This document shows, in pieces, positions 22,103-36,013 of a stretch of 36,680 nucleotides of DNA. How positions within the stretch are numbered: the stretch's first letter is position 1; each line of letters begins with the position of its first letter. The notes beneath the pieces are model-generated. The model ran no database searches, was not told the DNA's origin, and was given only the letters and a program-made list of their open reading frames with translations. The translations under genes were made by a program, and so were the position numbers. The DNA comes from Hyphochytrium catenoides (lineage: Eukaryota; Protista; Hyphochytriomycota), in the NCBI GenBank assembly GCA_900088475.1, contig FLMG01004384.1, forward strand, positions 1 through 36,680, written 5' to 3'.

Positions 22103-25100
22103 CTAGGAAGCGAATAAAACGTTCTGGCAAAAGCGCTGCAGCCTCCAAGCGTGATGTCTACAGCGCAAAGATTAGAGGCATAAACACGGCAAGGGCTTTC
22201 TAAAGTGGCAGTAGAGCAGATATCCTGCAGCCTTACTCTTCGGCGAAGTGGTACAGGCTCTGTAGATCCACAGAGTTAAGGTCTTCCTTCGTTCTCTGCG
22301 AGATCAGTTAATATCTCCGTAGCATGTTATAACAACAACCGCGACACCTGTTACCTGAATGACTTCTAGCTCACAGATCATCTGAAGGTCTTCTTCCCCT
22401 ATCAACAAAAACAGAGTACGGTTATCGCTAACCGATAACGCCGCTTGCATTCACCTCACCTAGTCGGTCTACTAAGACCAGCATGTTGAGTAGCCTGTCC
22501 ATTGGCAACCCGCGAATCTTCTGCCTCGATTGGGTGTAAAGCCATTCCAGAAAGACTTGCACTGTTTCGAAGAAGACACCTTCTTCTTGCAGGGAGGTGA
22601 GATCAACAGCCTCTCCCGATTCAGCCTCTCTGCAGTAAAGTAGACATCAACCGGATTTTGACTAGCAGTCAGTGCCTTATCAAAGAGATTGCCACCTAAA
22701 TCCAACCGTAAACAGCGCCTCGAAGTATTCGCTTAGCGAGAGGATATCCTTCAGTGCAGGTATAAGGACCGTTCGCCCCAAGTCATCCAAGACCGCCACT
22801 TGAGCATCATGATGCGCATGACCCTGAAGACTAAGCACGGCAAGTTATGACCATCAATGCACTGACCATCAACAGGCTTGTAATACAGGGTTTACCACGC
22901 TCGCATGTCCTCCTCAAAGGTTGATGGAGACACGTCGACTTCAGGACCAGACTGACGGGACTCAATAATCTGGGCGAGTCTTTCCTGCAATCCAGCAATC
23001 AGTGATATTCGAGAATTTGAGTTAATGAAAACCAACCATGCGCCAGTTCGAAGCCAACTCCGCAAGAAACCGAAGGCGATGAGGCTTGGCCTGAAAAATG
23101 GGGCTCAGCAAAGAATCCAACAGCCGTTGGGGCTGCCGTTTGAACCCAAACCTGAAGCTCATCGCAATAAATATAACATAGAACACTCTCCAGGTCCTGA
23201 GATGCAATGTCTGGAATTTGCAGAACTGCTGGGGTAGCTTCTTTTATCAGCCCTAGCTCAATTCCTGCATCTATAGGCGCAAGCAAAGGTTAGATATAAC
23301 GGCCATGAAAGCGTGGGAGAGGGTTTACCTTGGGCGAGGGCGCGAATGTATCCCCACAGGTACGGCGAACGCGTTCTTATAATGTCCAAATGGAGACTAA
23401 ACTCCGTAGAGTCATCGGTGCTGATGAGCATTGTCGGGAACTAAAAGCAAGGGCATAAGATGGGAAACTAGTGAGATGAATAGGGCCAACATCCCTACCC
23501 GGGCGTTCTTGAACAAGGAGAAGTACTTGCGAAAGGAAGGGCTGCTTTCCAGGACGACCCCACAGTTTGAGTATCCGGCCTAGAGGGGATGCCCCCAATC
23601 AGATAAAGAGTCCCAGTAGTGTTGCAAGCCGATTCACCTTTGCTATCATAGCAGTCTTGGGTAGCTCGAGCTTGCCGATATTCTCTCTCTGGTAGCCTCC
23701 ACCACGTCCAAGCACCCCAAAGCTGCAAGTACGATTGTCATTGTCAAAAAGCAGGCATACCAAGGGCCAAAGCTCACGTACTCATTCCAGCCCCATGTGT
23801 ACACATTGCCCGAATCTGCAATGCCTATTGTGTTATGTGATCCTAAGGTAGGGATAGTCATTGATTCAGCCATCGAGGGTAACTTGCTATTATAGCCTTA
23901 CCGCAGGAGATAGAAACGAGCTTTTCGTTGATGTCTGTGATACATTGTGGGATGAAGTACATTCTCGCTGATACGAGATCACCACCTGTATCAGCTCTAT
24001 TTCCATGCTGTCGAGATACGCGTCATTAGTCCTCGACGTCACAAGCGATGTCGTCAAGATCAAAATACCTGGTTATACTCTGCATGTCCCCAGCTGTAGA
24101 CCTCGCCTTCGTCGGAAAGTCCCACAGAATGATTCATACCCTGAAGAGGGTGTAACGTCTTAGTCGAAGCTTGTAAGAAAAGACAGAACACTTATTACCG
24201 CTGCCACAGCTCTGATAAAGACAGTGGAGTCAAGCGCTTCCACCCTGCGTGGACACTTTATTCATGAAGATATTATCAGTGAAGGTATCGAAGTTCAAAG
24301 TAATCTGCACAACTTAAAGTACCAGAGAGCCCTCGGTAGTGCCATGGCCCAACTGACCCAGAGCCCCAAGACCGAATGTAAAGACCGTGCCGCCCCTTCG
24401 ACGCATTTTGCCGCTTGCCTCCAGGATGTCTTCTATTGTTGAGCACACTAAGGTATGCTGCTGCCCGCAGGCAACGTCGACAATGCGCTGCTCCTTGAGC
24501 AAATCCAGCTAGATATTGATAGGCAGATTGTCATACAAGTGAGCCAGCATTCCTCGATATTGATTACCCTACCTGCTGGAAGCTGGCTGTGCTGAACCTA
24601 TGGCCCAATCCAAGCTGGCCTCTGTCATTATAGCCACAACCATAGACCATACCGTCTGTGCTGAGTACTATGCTGTATGTGAAAGTTGCGAATGATGAGC
24701 GCGCTGAAAAAAGCTGCACGATTTGGCTCTCTATACACCTGTGGCCGAAGCCCGCAGCGATTTTCGTGACTTCAACTCTCAACAGGCTTTCGCATAGGCA
24801 TGGCGCAGTTAGAGGTCGCCGCACCTGGTGGATTAGGATCAGCCGGAGCTAGGAATCTGTACAATGGCTAAGTATATTATTCTCACAATCTTCATACGAA
24901 GAAGTCCTGATGAGAGGGATTAGGGATAGCTTTACTGAATATGCTTTGTTGTGTTGCGACACACCTGCGTTATTGCCTGATTGGCTCTGTTCTAGGCCTG
25001 CAAGCGCATACTGCTGTTCAGACCACCTCGCTAACCGGCTTCCGCTTAGAGGTTCTTCTTCTGCTAAACCTTCAAGCCGGATATTCCCTTCAGCAGCATC

Positions 25101-25747
25101 GGCGTCAGCCTGCAATCAGATCCAAACCAGTTAGGACCAAGGCCAAACACTCTACGGGATTGTGGGTAACCCCACCTGTTGACTCTCCTGATTTGCTGAA
25201 AGGTCCCGATGAACTAGACCCCACATATACACTTGACCGGACGAAGTCAAGGCCTGCAAAGGTCAGTCAGTGTGAAGACTGCAGCATTAGAGAAGACCAT
25301 GTATTCTTAGCCCACCATCGAGTGCATGGCCCCACATGATACGTTCGTCACGTTCTCCAGCTTTAACGCATCAACTTTTTTTGGTTGAGCGTCTTCCAGA
25401 GAGCCTAGTCCTAGCTGCCCAAACTTATTATACCCCCTGAAGAGATTTTTTCGGTTAACCTTATGCCCGTCTTACAAGAGATATGTCACGCACCAAGAGT
25501 ACACGTGGCCCATATCTGATGCTGCCAGCGCGAAGCCATCGCCAATTGCAAAGTCTTGAACGCTGACATCTCGCAGGGCTTCTAGCGCCGCCTTAAGGCA
25601 AGTAAGAAACAATGAGATGCTCAAATTAGCTTGTTATTGTAGAGCAACAAGATAACACAGAGCCCTTACCGGTACTGCAGCAGCTTTGAGGTTCTCCTCA
25701 CCTTTGATCTGTTTGTGGCTGTTCGATCCCCAGAAAAACAGCGACAT
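22103..25747 (-). CDS. RCC1-repeat and BTB/POZ-domain protein, many short exons
   Basis: Starts MSLFFWGSNSHKQ. RCC1 repeats include VYSW|GYNKFGQLGLG, VSCGAMHS, YGCGYNDRGQLGLGH, VACGQQHT, VFTFGLGALGQLGHG, and VYTWGWNE. BTB-like segments are LQIPDIASQDLESVLCYIYCDEL and HAHHDAQVAVL...LSARSEYFEALF. Ends LYHFAEEHHAWRLQRFCQNVLFAS*. Confidence 0.82.
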
Positions 25748-26453
25748 TGAACCAGCTCGTCCCGCACACAATGTGTTTGCTCTCTCCTATCTTTGGATGC
25801 CAAGAAAGAAGGAAAGTAAGCACCTCAATGAGAATGGGAAAGTGACTCTCTCCAAAGCCACTTCGCACAGACAAGGCAGAACCGCCACTGCACCAAGCCA
25901 GCAAAGAACTGTGCTTTCATACCCTCAACTGTTATCCTCTGCTCCTTCCATCCAGCAGCCGACGGCCAACTAACAGCTTGCTCCTCTCCAGGCTTCCTTT
26001 TCCCTTGTCTCTGCTGCTCTTCTTAGGAGAGCAGGATGATGAGCCGCCACCTGGACAGAGATGTCACACTGGTTTTCAGGCCACTTCGTACGAACTGTTC
26101 TACCGACAAGAACCCTTTATCCCCTCTCTATCACCTGAAAAGTATTCCGTGCTGAAGGCCCTCGCTCTAATGTTATCAGCTGCTATAAACCCTAGGATGC
26201 CATTAGCGTTCCGCCTTTGATCTCCTTGTGTGCTTCGCTGTTTGGAGCCCCAATGACCATCACTCAGCAATCCCCTTGAGAGTGAATGCGCTTTTCTTCT
26301 GAATAACGGCTAGATGTGGAAACATTATTCAGGAGCCGGTGTAGGAATGGAAAGCGATATTCCGAATAGAATTATATATGAGCTAGCAAGGGTAATTGAA
26401 GCTGTTTCTGGGCGATGATGGCTTACAGCTCTGTCGATCCATTGAAAGGTCAG

Positions 26454-26470
26454 CATCATCATCATCATCA
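26454..26470. repeat. (CAT)5-6 microsatellite
   Basis: Read directly from the sequence. Confidence 0.7.
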
Positions 26471-26835
26471 GAGGCAACAGGAGCACTGTCAGAGAGAGCA
26501 GGAGATCGGAGCGAGCTAGGGCGCAGGTGAGTGTCGAACAGTCACCAGCCCTGTGCGACAGATTGCCTACATTATAGAGTGGAGTGGCATAAGATTAATA
26601 GCTCACAGCTTGACATCCATCGCCTTTGGAAGCAATGAACGGTCGTCATCGTCCTTCAAAGGGACAGAAATATCTACTTATGACAGAAACAATGACGTTC
26701 ACTAAATTGATTGCACTTGGTAAGAGACAGTAATGTGGCCACTCTGCGCTTTGCGAAAGAGAGGCCATCATTTGATGAAGAACGAGAGGTCTTTGGAGGT
26801 CAAAGAGATAGAGGTCTATCAGCTAGCATCGCGCT

Positions 26836-29812
26836 TTATTTACTCTTTTTCTTGCTCTTCTTTGTCTTCTTTGTTCCTGAGTCCGCTTCATTCTCCTCAG
26901 CAGACCTACTGAGAGCCTTGAACACGAACTCTAAGTCTTCCTTTGGGTTCTGTTTCACCTACAGAACAAACAAGGAAACGGACAGGACCGCAGTCATGTC
27001 AGTGCCAAACATGACCCTGACATCCCTCACAAAAGAGAGTGTGCCTAAGGATATTACCTCTTCAAGTTTCTTCCTTTTCTTTCTAAGTCCTTCTTCAGTA
27101 TGGGTCCCTTTCCGTGATGCAAAGCCCAGCGTCTCCAGGAAGGGTTCCAGCTTCTCGTCACTCTTTCCCTCAGGTTCCCGCTTGCGTTTCGGTTCGGACT
27201 CGCTCTTGCCAGTCTTTTGGTCGGACGTTAGGATATCAGCAAACATCTTGGAAACCTTCTCTGCCTTGTCTGTAGCAAAGCCATAGGTTAGTCCTCAGAT
27301 AAACACAAAGGAACCCTTGTGCACATGGCTTCAATCTGAACATAGAAAGTGAGGCGATAAAAAGAAAGTGAAAGAAGTACTGGGAAGATGGATGTAGTTA
27401 CCTTGGCCCCCTAGCCACTGCCTTTTGTTTGTCTTGAACAGCTGAATTTTGCATGTCTCAAGGACCATTCGGCCAAAATGGCTACCCGCCACTCGACTCC
27501 GAGCTGCCAAAAGCTCCTCAGCTATGGCCACCTGTGACGATCACTAAGAAGCGGATTGAGGTAGAGAGCATGGAGCAACATACCCTGCGCTGAGTGTCCG
27601 AGATGGCCCTGAAGGCTTTCTGTACAAAGTAGCACCCGAACCTCTCCGATGCTAGGTTTGCAATTTGGCCTTTGGCGGCGTCGACAAGCTTCAGTTTTGC
27701 TGCATCAAACTCCTTCGGGCCGTCAAGAATTGGCTCCTGTTGGGGGTACAAAAAGGTGGATGAGAGCCGGCTTTGCTAGTAAAGCAAACTGACTACTTTA
27801 CCACGACACATCGACTTCCAGTACCATCCTTAGCCAGAGCGATGAGCTTTTCCTTCGATAGAGATGCAATGCTGTCCCCATATGCCGGGCGCACGGCTCA
27901 TATTTTAGTGCAGTGCTGCAAGCTTGCCGAAGATGACACGCATACCTGTCCACAAGGGGCATAACGGTGCTAGGCGGAAATAGTAGAAGATTCTGGATGA
28001 TCCTTGCGCCAGGGACATTTATGGATATTCGGTCCTACAAGGCCAGGTTAGTGGCTCTCAACACTCAGTGTTGATTGAAGCTTGTGGTGTCAACATTAAC
28101 GACATTCTCCTCCTACTCTTTCGCTTCAACACGAATCATGAAGGCTGACCTTTCCTTCATCCAGACTAATAGCCAGGAGGTTTTCGCTTAGTCCTCCTTT
28201 GGCGTTATGGCCTTCGGCAGCCGATAAGACCGCCTCCGCTACCTCTTCCTGTAGAGTTTCCAATCTGAGAGCCGCTTCCACCACCCGCCAGAGCACACCC
28301 AGGCGGTTCTGCCGATAGGGAGATGAGAGATTGCAGCAGGATACTAAATAGCTACTGTGCAGCGTACCGCATTGAAGAGCTTTCCGATTCCCCAGCCGCT
28401 GAGCTCATCGAACATAGATCGGAANNGATTTTTTTGAAGAGTGAGCTCGAGCAAGTCTCAAGAATCTGCACCATAGGAGAAGTCACTTTAAGAGCGAAAA
28501 ATGCCTCCAACTATTTACTGCACTTACAGCTTCAACATAGTGGCTTCCCACACGGTCGTGGTTTAATGTCTGAATGCTCTTGGCGAAGCTTTCAGGGTCG
28601 TTCCATCTGAGTGACCTCTTGATCTGTCGACAGAGCGAGTGCGAGATCAGCGGGAGAATGGAGAATTTGGTAAAGCAGGCTTGCTTGCTTACAATATCAT
28701 CCGCTGACCCATCGCGCTCTTTGCTTATCCGTAAAATCAGCTGAAGCAATGGCCCTGTATTCTCATTACATGCAGACTGTAGTAAGGTCGCGGAAGGAGA
28801 TTCTGACAACTTCGTGCAGATGGATTCCAAGAGCGGTGCGAAGCTCTCTGGAACCTCAAAGCGCTTCGGCTCAACTCCGTCTGATGCCACGAGCGTTCGT
28901 TAGAGTCACCGTCTCCAAGAGTTGTCCCCATGACCCATACCTGTACGGGCATTGATTGGGAAGATAGGCCTGTGCTTGACATGCTTGCCCCTTTTTTCTT
29001 GAACCTCTTCCCTGCCAGCTAATACACAGACCAAGGACCTCACGACATGACTAGCACTACCATAACTCTCATTAGACTCAAGAAGCGCTCGGGAGGAAGA
29101 ATGGGCGAACGGCTACACACTAACCTCAAGTCGTAGAACAAATCTTCCCACTGACCAGAGATTTCCTCACACATAGCAAGGATAAGCTCTGTCATGGGGG
29201 GAACTTCCTCCTCATCGTCTGTACCCCGCTCATCTTCATCTACTTCGTTCTCTATTTTACCCTACGGTCCAACCCAAAGGGTGAGACTACGTCACATATC
29301 AAGTCATCACTCTTTATATCCTGCCGTTTACCTGTGCCTCAGCCTCGATTTGAGGGCCTGCAAGTCTAAGAATTGTCTGAAGTACGTGCGAAGAGTATCT
29401 GTTGCAGAAAAGAAAGAGAAAGTATCCCTTGAACTTGCTCAGGTATCGCCGCACTTCCCGGGGAGGAGAAAGGCGGAGTAGCTGCTCTATGATGGCGCTG
29501 ACATGCTTATCGCTTGCTGGGGGAGGATAGGAGGTGCATTCAGATTCAAATATGGTGGTTAAGGAGAAGTCGATAGCTTTACCTGCACTCGCCTCCTTGT
29601 GTTGGAGCTCTTGAATAACGTTTCCAATTAGAACCTCTCTCTCTTCTCCTTGAGTCTCCTCGTCCGCGAGGAGCCCCTGTACCTGCTTGAGATAAGAAAT
29701 TGTCTCTTGGTCAAGCCTCCTTGGCCTATCTGGTCTCCTCTCTGTTAACCTGTTTGCCAGACTTTAGAGGTATAAGTGGGTAGCTAAGAATATGCGCTTA
29801 CCCTTCCTCCAT
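26836..29812 (-). CDS. NOP9: Nucleolar protein 9 (Pumilio-repeat 40S biogenesis factor), multi-exon
   Basis: PRRLDQETISYLKQV...REVLIGNVIQEL...ASDKHVSAIIEQL, SHVVRSL, HDRVGSHYVEA, LASERFGCYFVQKAF, IAEELLAARSRVAGSHFGRMVLETCKIQLFK, and a Lys-rich C-terminus (KKTKKSKKKSK*). Two Ns at 28425-28426 fall in an exon. Confidence 0.85.
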
Positions 29813-30586
29813 TATGAGACACGGTAAGGTGGGGTCTTCACGAGCGAGGAGAATAGGGAGCTGTTCTCTTCCTTTCCAAGAGAGGACTGCAAGCTATAGA
29901 GAAGTTACGGGTCAAGATATAAGAATAGACCTTCTGCAGAATGCAAAACGCAGCTTCTCAGAGTGCCTCTCTCATGGATCTCAGCCGTATCCCGCGCTCA
30001 TGAGGAAGAGAAGAGGCCATCCGCAAGCATGATGCGCCTCGTCACTCTGCACTATCAGATCCTTCGACGTGGTTCTGATTCTCAACGCTTGTCGCTTCTG
30101 ATTGCTTGAGACTTGAGAACTGATGGAGGAGCCTTCCTCCACTGTTAACCCAGTGAATGGCCGTTAGCGGGCTCCATAACGGCCTGTCTGTCAGAAAGCC
30201 ATTGGACCTGCAAACGGCTAGAATACAAATCAGGTTTAGTCGTTACCGGTAATTAAAGCCCTGATAGCTGGCGCACCAAAAGACATGACTTTCAGTTAGA
30301 CTTACTCGGCTCCAAGGCCGTAATAATGACTCTTAAAGGAGATGATGATGGATCGCCCGCTGAAAGATGCTGCCTTGGCGCAGAACACTGTGCTCGATTC
30401 AGCAACAGCGGTAGGCGGAGATCCGCGCGTAGATTTATCTGCTGATAGCAGCTCCGCACATAGAGTCTCTGGTGTATAAGCATGCCATCCTAAAGAGATG
30501 GTATCGGGGAATATGGATAGTCGTGATGTGCTTTCTTTCAAGGAGTGATTGCAAGAAGAAATCTGCTCAAGAGTCGTGCACGTCAA

Positions 30587-33500
30587 ATGCAGGCGGCACC
30601 GCAACCAGGCAGCACACCGAGGAGTGCTCCTGCCTCCCTCTCCTTATCAGCCGCAGAAGAGCAACAGCAAGAGAGAGATTCCACCCGCGGCCTCTCAGAG
30701 TCCATGGATAGTCCTCCACCGGATTTTTCTCGAGAAGGTAACTCTTTCTTCTATATCACTGTCGTGCGCTAACTGTGAGCACTGATCTTTGGCATCGCAG
30801 ATCAACAAGAGCTCCTTGTGCGAACGAATCGCCTTCTAAGCTATGTAGGTATTGATGCCAAACCTTTGCAGACTTTCGCTGAGTTGCAGAAGAGCGCTTC
30901 AAGCATGTTCGTGGCAATATTCGAGCAAATGTTTCAGGTAAGATAGACCAAATGTGACAGAGGGATATCACCGATAGTGGAGTGAACTCTCTGGTGGACT
31001 ATATCGCATTGTGTTTGATGAGCTTACTCATCCTTAGGTGCGACTGCGAAGAATTGTGAGGGTGCCATCGCACGTGGCGGACTATGTGAATAATGCACAA
31101 GTCGTCATTGAAGCCCTATCTCGCTCTATACTCGGGATGAATCTCTCGCATATTCGAGGAGACGCCATTTGTCAGGTAGCGCTAAGCAAGCTTTCCATGT
31201 GAACGACAGCATTTCTGAAGAAAGTACATTTCTATTGAACGGTGCCAGGGAGATGGCAAAAACATAAAGAACTTAGTGGACATCTTTTTGGAGATCCACG
31301 ACGTTCTTCTTCAGAATCCTGCCGCGGAGGTCCCGTTTGATGTTCGCGTGCGGGCACATGAAGCCCAAGATGAAGCCGAGAAGCCTATCGGTAGACTCGA
31401 GTTACGACCTTTATTGCTTCGCTGAGTACTAAGAGGAACTTGTTCTGCTCCAAGGCCTTTCATTCGCCGAGAGCTTGCAGACGGATCTGCAGGCCAGGCT
31501 TCGTGAACGGGTGTACGCACAAGAGAATGAACTGGAAGGTGAGAATGAAGGGATACTCCTTCAATCGCTGGAGCCTAGCGCTCCCAAAGACCAAATAAAT
31601 GAAAATGTTCCGAGGGAACACAGGCGGCAAGATAAGGAAGACCGTCTTTCTTCTGCAGATCCAATTCTAGCTCATGAGCCTTCTCAAAGAATTGCTGTCG
31701 GAGTCGGAGGTAGACGACGGCAGTCTCGTAGGGCGCCTAAGGGTAACTCAGGTCAGTCCTACTGATCTCCCATCCGCTGGACCTATTTTGTATCTGCTTG
31801 GTGCCCCTTTCCTTCACTGGCTGGTCCACCACCATTCCGGCTCTAGTGATTTTTAAACCCTGACTCTCATGCCTCAGATGTAAAGAAAGTAAAGAGAGTA
31901 GCTCCACGAAGCTTTTTCGATCGAGGTAGGTCGTCTAAAGGAAAAGGGGTGGCCCAACATTGGCACGGAGGATAACATTAGCTGTGTATAGATCGAAGTG
32001 ATGAGAGCGCTTCGGAGAAAGAAAACAAGGAGGAGGTGACAGCCAAGGATGATGACCTAAGCGATCTCAGCTCAGCTGAGGACGAACACCAGTCCGATGT
32101 AAGCCCTACGCTGGAGTTCTTTACTGACCATTCCTCATAAACTGATATGTGATGAATTTCACAGGCCTTCGATGCATCAGAGAGCAACATAATAGAGAAA
32201 GACCAAGACCTATCTGCGGACTCCTTGGCAGACCTATATCCTGGCGTATGGAACAAGCTCACATCCCTAAGGTTGTAGGTCTGTCAGCTTTATCCTGTTT
32301 AGATAGAGCTCACATCTACCTGAACGAGCTAGAAAGCAGCTCAACAGGTTTGAAAACATTGCTGCTTCGAAGTCTGCGAAGGTCCAGCAGAGGAGGATGC
32401 ATCAGGTGGGAGGTTAGGTCGCCCTTTATAGAAGACCTTTCCTAGCGAAGAGTGGTGAATGATTCAATGACGTCACAGAAGGAGGAAGAAAGTCTGACGA
32501 GGGCCAGGCAGAAGTACCGGCATATGCTGGAGGAGAAACTGCACGAGCTGCGCATGGTAAGCGGACACCCAGACTCTCGTGGGACCCTCGTGGTTTGTAC
32601 CTGCCCGCTTTTTACTCCATGATAACCGGGCTACCTTTCCAAATAGAAAGAACTGTCAGACCGCAAAAAGTTTCAGTCGGCAGTAAGGGCAAAAGAACAC
32701 TCTGACAAGGTTGAGCAGGTCAGTGAAACAAGGGCTGGCGCTGCCTTTCAACTACTCTAAAGTGGTTTCTTCTTTGGCAGGCTCGACAAGAGAAAATAAA
32801 GAGAGATATTGGCCTGCAGTCCAAGAGAATGAGTATGCTGCAACGAGACCGGGTATAGTCTTCAGAAGTGCCTATCATTGAACTGCATTGTCTCGCAAAA
32901 GTAAACCAGGCCAATCCTGCCCTCATCCCCTAGGACGAGAATGCTATGAAAGAATTGTTACAATCCATGGTCGACATAGAAAAGCAGAGAGCGCTTGAGG
33001 AGCGTAAAGAGGTGTGCTGGCAGACACTATTCTAGATGCTATCAGATATTCACAGAAAGCGATGCCTTCAAACCACATACTAGGCCTTGGTCAAGATGAA
33101 AGAGATGGAAGAAGAGATGATGTCCCGGCTTCGCGCAATGGAGGAATTGTAAGGACCGACTTCTTTCATTAAGTGTCAAGCCCTAACACCCAGCGCAACT
33201 TTCCACAGCTATCACTCGCAGCTCTCACTGCTTAAGGAACAGAATAAGCAAGACGAGGAAACAAGGAGCAAGTACGAGCGCGCACAAAAGCAGGTGGTCT
33301 AAGTTTGTCTGTTACTCTCTTTAGAAAGGGCTGGAGGTGCACTAAAACACTCACTTTGATAGGCCGCAGAGAAACTCCTTCGAGACATCCGCGTGCATAG
33401 AGAGCAGCGATTGCGAGCGGCTCTCGAGTTACGTGAGCACAAACTAGAGGTGTCTATGGTGCATCGTGACCAGGAAATGAGCAAACTACGGGAGCAGGCA

Positions 33501-33806
33501 CTCACAGGCTCCTCCGCTCTGGATGTTTTCGACAGGTAAGACGCCAGTTTCGCATTTACGGAGCACTGCCCGTTCACTCACTCCAGAAGCAGGGAGTCCT
33601 TACTATCAAAGCTCTCTCGAGAGTCATCCCGCCATTCCTCCTCCACATCCGCACAACGGAGAAGCAGAACAAGCTCTGCCTCACGGTCGCGCAACACATC
33701 GTCCACGTCCAAATCGTCGCGTTCATCCAAAGCAGAGAAGCCGGTTGTCCGATACCATGGCATCCGCACAATAGTCGGGAGGAAAAAGCGCTTCAACTCC
33801 AAATAA
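30587..33806 (+). CDS. CEP95: Centrosomal protein CEP95-like (N-terminal DUF5745 plus C-terminal coiled coil); alternative ATG at 30704
   Basis: Spliced N-terminus LLVRTNRLL...SMFVAIFEQMFQVRL...DYVNNAQVVIEALSRSILGMNLSHIRGDAICQGDGKNIKNLVDIFLEI resembles the CEP95 N-domain (LSHITGENIVKGD...IKNLLEIF type). The C-terminal coiled coil RLRAMEEFYHSQLSLLKEQ resembles the CEP95 'MENYY..QFSLL' motif. Confidence 0.78.
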
Positions 33807-33839
33807 TGGACTTATCCGAAGTAAATGCATAGACAATCA

Positions 33840-35409
33840 TCACTTCTTTCCATTCATCTTGGCAAGCTTAGCTCCTGCATACTTGGCAGCTTTGATGAGC
33901 CCAGCGGTTGCAATGCCCTAAATGTAATCATCTTAGAAGATAGTTTCACATCAAGGTGCAAACGGGAGGAAGAGGAGCAGTTGAGACACGAAACATTGCG
34001 GTTGAGTTGCGCCGAGCGTCGAGAGAATGGAAGAAGAGCGTCAAAGTTAGGATAATCCGTCCTTAGTGTACATTGCTTTGCTCAAATAAATACGGCTTGA
34101 AGTAGCCAGTAGCTTAGCCAAACCTTTATGCTTTGGGTCGCGCTGTATCGAAAGACGATTTTCTGCAAGGCCTTGGATACGTTGCTCTGGATCAACCTCC
34201 TAGAATTATCTCGAAGTAGGTCCTGAGGAGCTGAGGAGTGGTGCTGAGACGACTAAGGCTTCTAGGATCGATCTGACAAGTCTGTCGTGAGATGCCTCTC
34301 TTACCCCCTAGTCGACTCTTCAAGGCTATCGGCATCTCTGCTATGTGCTCTCGCAAGGTCTGGGGGCTGAGATTCTGTTGGAACTTCGCGTAGTCGTGAC
34401 TGATTGGAGCTAGAAAGGTGCTTTTCTCCAAGTGTTCTCTGTAAAGAGTTCTAAAGTTCTCTAGGTTTCCGCCAACGATATTTGTAACCTTTTTCGGGTT
34501 CTCTCCCACCGTCATCCTAAAGTCCCCGTGGTAGGATAGCGATGCGATTTTCTATTGGCAGCAGGAGAGTAAGGCTGAAGCGACTGGATAGAGTCTTTTT
34601 CAAAGCGCATACCAAGTAGAGCTCTTGATCCGTAAATGTCTCCGGCAAAAGGAGACTGGCTACCCGCACAGCCTTTCTAAGGTTAGCTGTGGTGGCGACC
34701 CTTACACGCTCATTGTCTTGCAGCACACGGACCTGGTCACATTAACAAGCAGTCCATGTCAATGCATTTTTGACGCATGTAACACCTCGAAGATGCTCTA
34801 CTTACGGGCTTGTGCATACGACCACTGAAGTATAAATATTTCCATGTTTCCAGGTCTGCGCATGCTGTATCAATGTGCATCACTCCGTACTTCATCAGCC
34901 GAGAGTTCGGGTTATGTTCTCCTGGAATTGGAACCTAAAAATGTAGTCAGTACTGAGAGGAAGAGTCTGCCTTGCTACCGCGAAAGTCGCGCTTACCATA
35001 GTGTTGAAGTAGAGCCCTGCACCTAGCCTATCCTGAAGGACGAAACGTCAGTGCTAGCCCAAACAGTCCATGTCAGTATCTACTATGATTTCACCTGCAT
35101 TGCTCCGATGACGGTAGGTCCCAGAACGCGAAGTCCCGAGTAATGGTGGCGATTTATCGCCAAGTTCTCGGCATGCCAGTCTTGGGAATTGCGGACTACC
35201 AAGATCAGGTCCACCATGGGACCAGCCGGCCAGTCTGAGGTAATGCCTTAGCCAAGACCAAGAGGCACTGCCGGCTAGTCAAGCTCACCTAAGCTACCAC
35301 TCTCCTTGGTGTCCTCATACCCCAGCTGCTTGAAAACCCCGGAGCCGTATGCCACCGCCCATTCGACGGGGGGAAAGTAATCCAGGACAGCCTGCCACCG
35401 CTCATCCAT
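33840..35409 (-). CDS. TAM41: Mitochondrial phosphatidate cytidylyltransferase Tam41/Mmp37, multi-exon
   Basis: FPPVEWAVAYGSGVFKQLGY, MVDLILVV...WHAENLAINRHHYSGL, YFSGRMHKP, IASLSYHGDFRMTVGENPKKVTNIV and QSIKGIATAGLIKAAKYAGAKLAK motifs. Confidence 0.93.
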
Positions 35410-35913
35410 CTTGCGCTCTAGCTCCTTGAAGCACCTGCCTCCTAGCCCAGCCCTGAGTGCCACAGAAGGAACCTGGATCTTACACCAGAACGGTGACCAT
35501 CTAATCCGCTGGCGCTTTCCTAAGCCGTTGAAGCCTCCTGGCCAAAGCTTTCTAGAGTGAGTTGCAGGTGTCCCCATTCTTCACTTCAAGACCTCTAGGA
35601 AGTAGCTTTCCATCATCGTTCAGCCGGATCTGTTGACGACGAGGTGATGATGAAGGATGATTGATGCTGTTAGGAGGGCGATGAACAGGATGATAATAAG
35701 AAGCTGGAGGATGGTCTTGAATCCGCTTGTTCGTTGTACGTGTACCGTAACCAGTGCGGGGTTTGTACATGCACAGATGACACGACCAAACCCAAGGGCC
35801 AATACGGAGCTCAGCTACCAAAGCCAGTGAGCTCAGCTACCATCAGAGTGAATCACTGCAGCTTGCAAACTTTCACCGCTTTGCCTGTCCCACCCGTTTA
35901 GTAACTCGTAGCC

Positions 35914-36013
35914 NNNNNNNNNNNNNNNNNNNNNNNNNNNNNNNNNNNNNNNNNNNNNNNNNNNNNNNNNNNNNNNNNNNNNNNNNNNNNNNNNNNNNNN
36001 NNNNNNNNNNNNN
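35914..36013. other. Assembly gap (100 N)
   Basis: Run of exactly 100 N, a typical scaffold placeholder. Confidence 0.98.

Noticed and set aside
26711-27286. 191-aa plus-strand ORF
   Set aside because: It is the antisense shadow of the Lys/Glu-rich NOP9 C-terminal exons.
447-30170. TTAGCGG motif recurring near gene starts (447, 6966, 19405, 30164)
   Set aside because: A 7-mer is expected a few times by chance in 36 kb, and it also occurs inside a GPCR intron (18231). Orientation and spacing are inconsistent.
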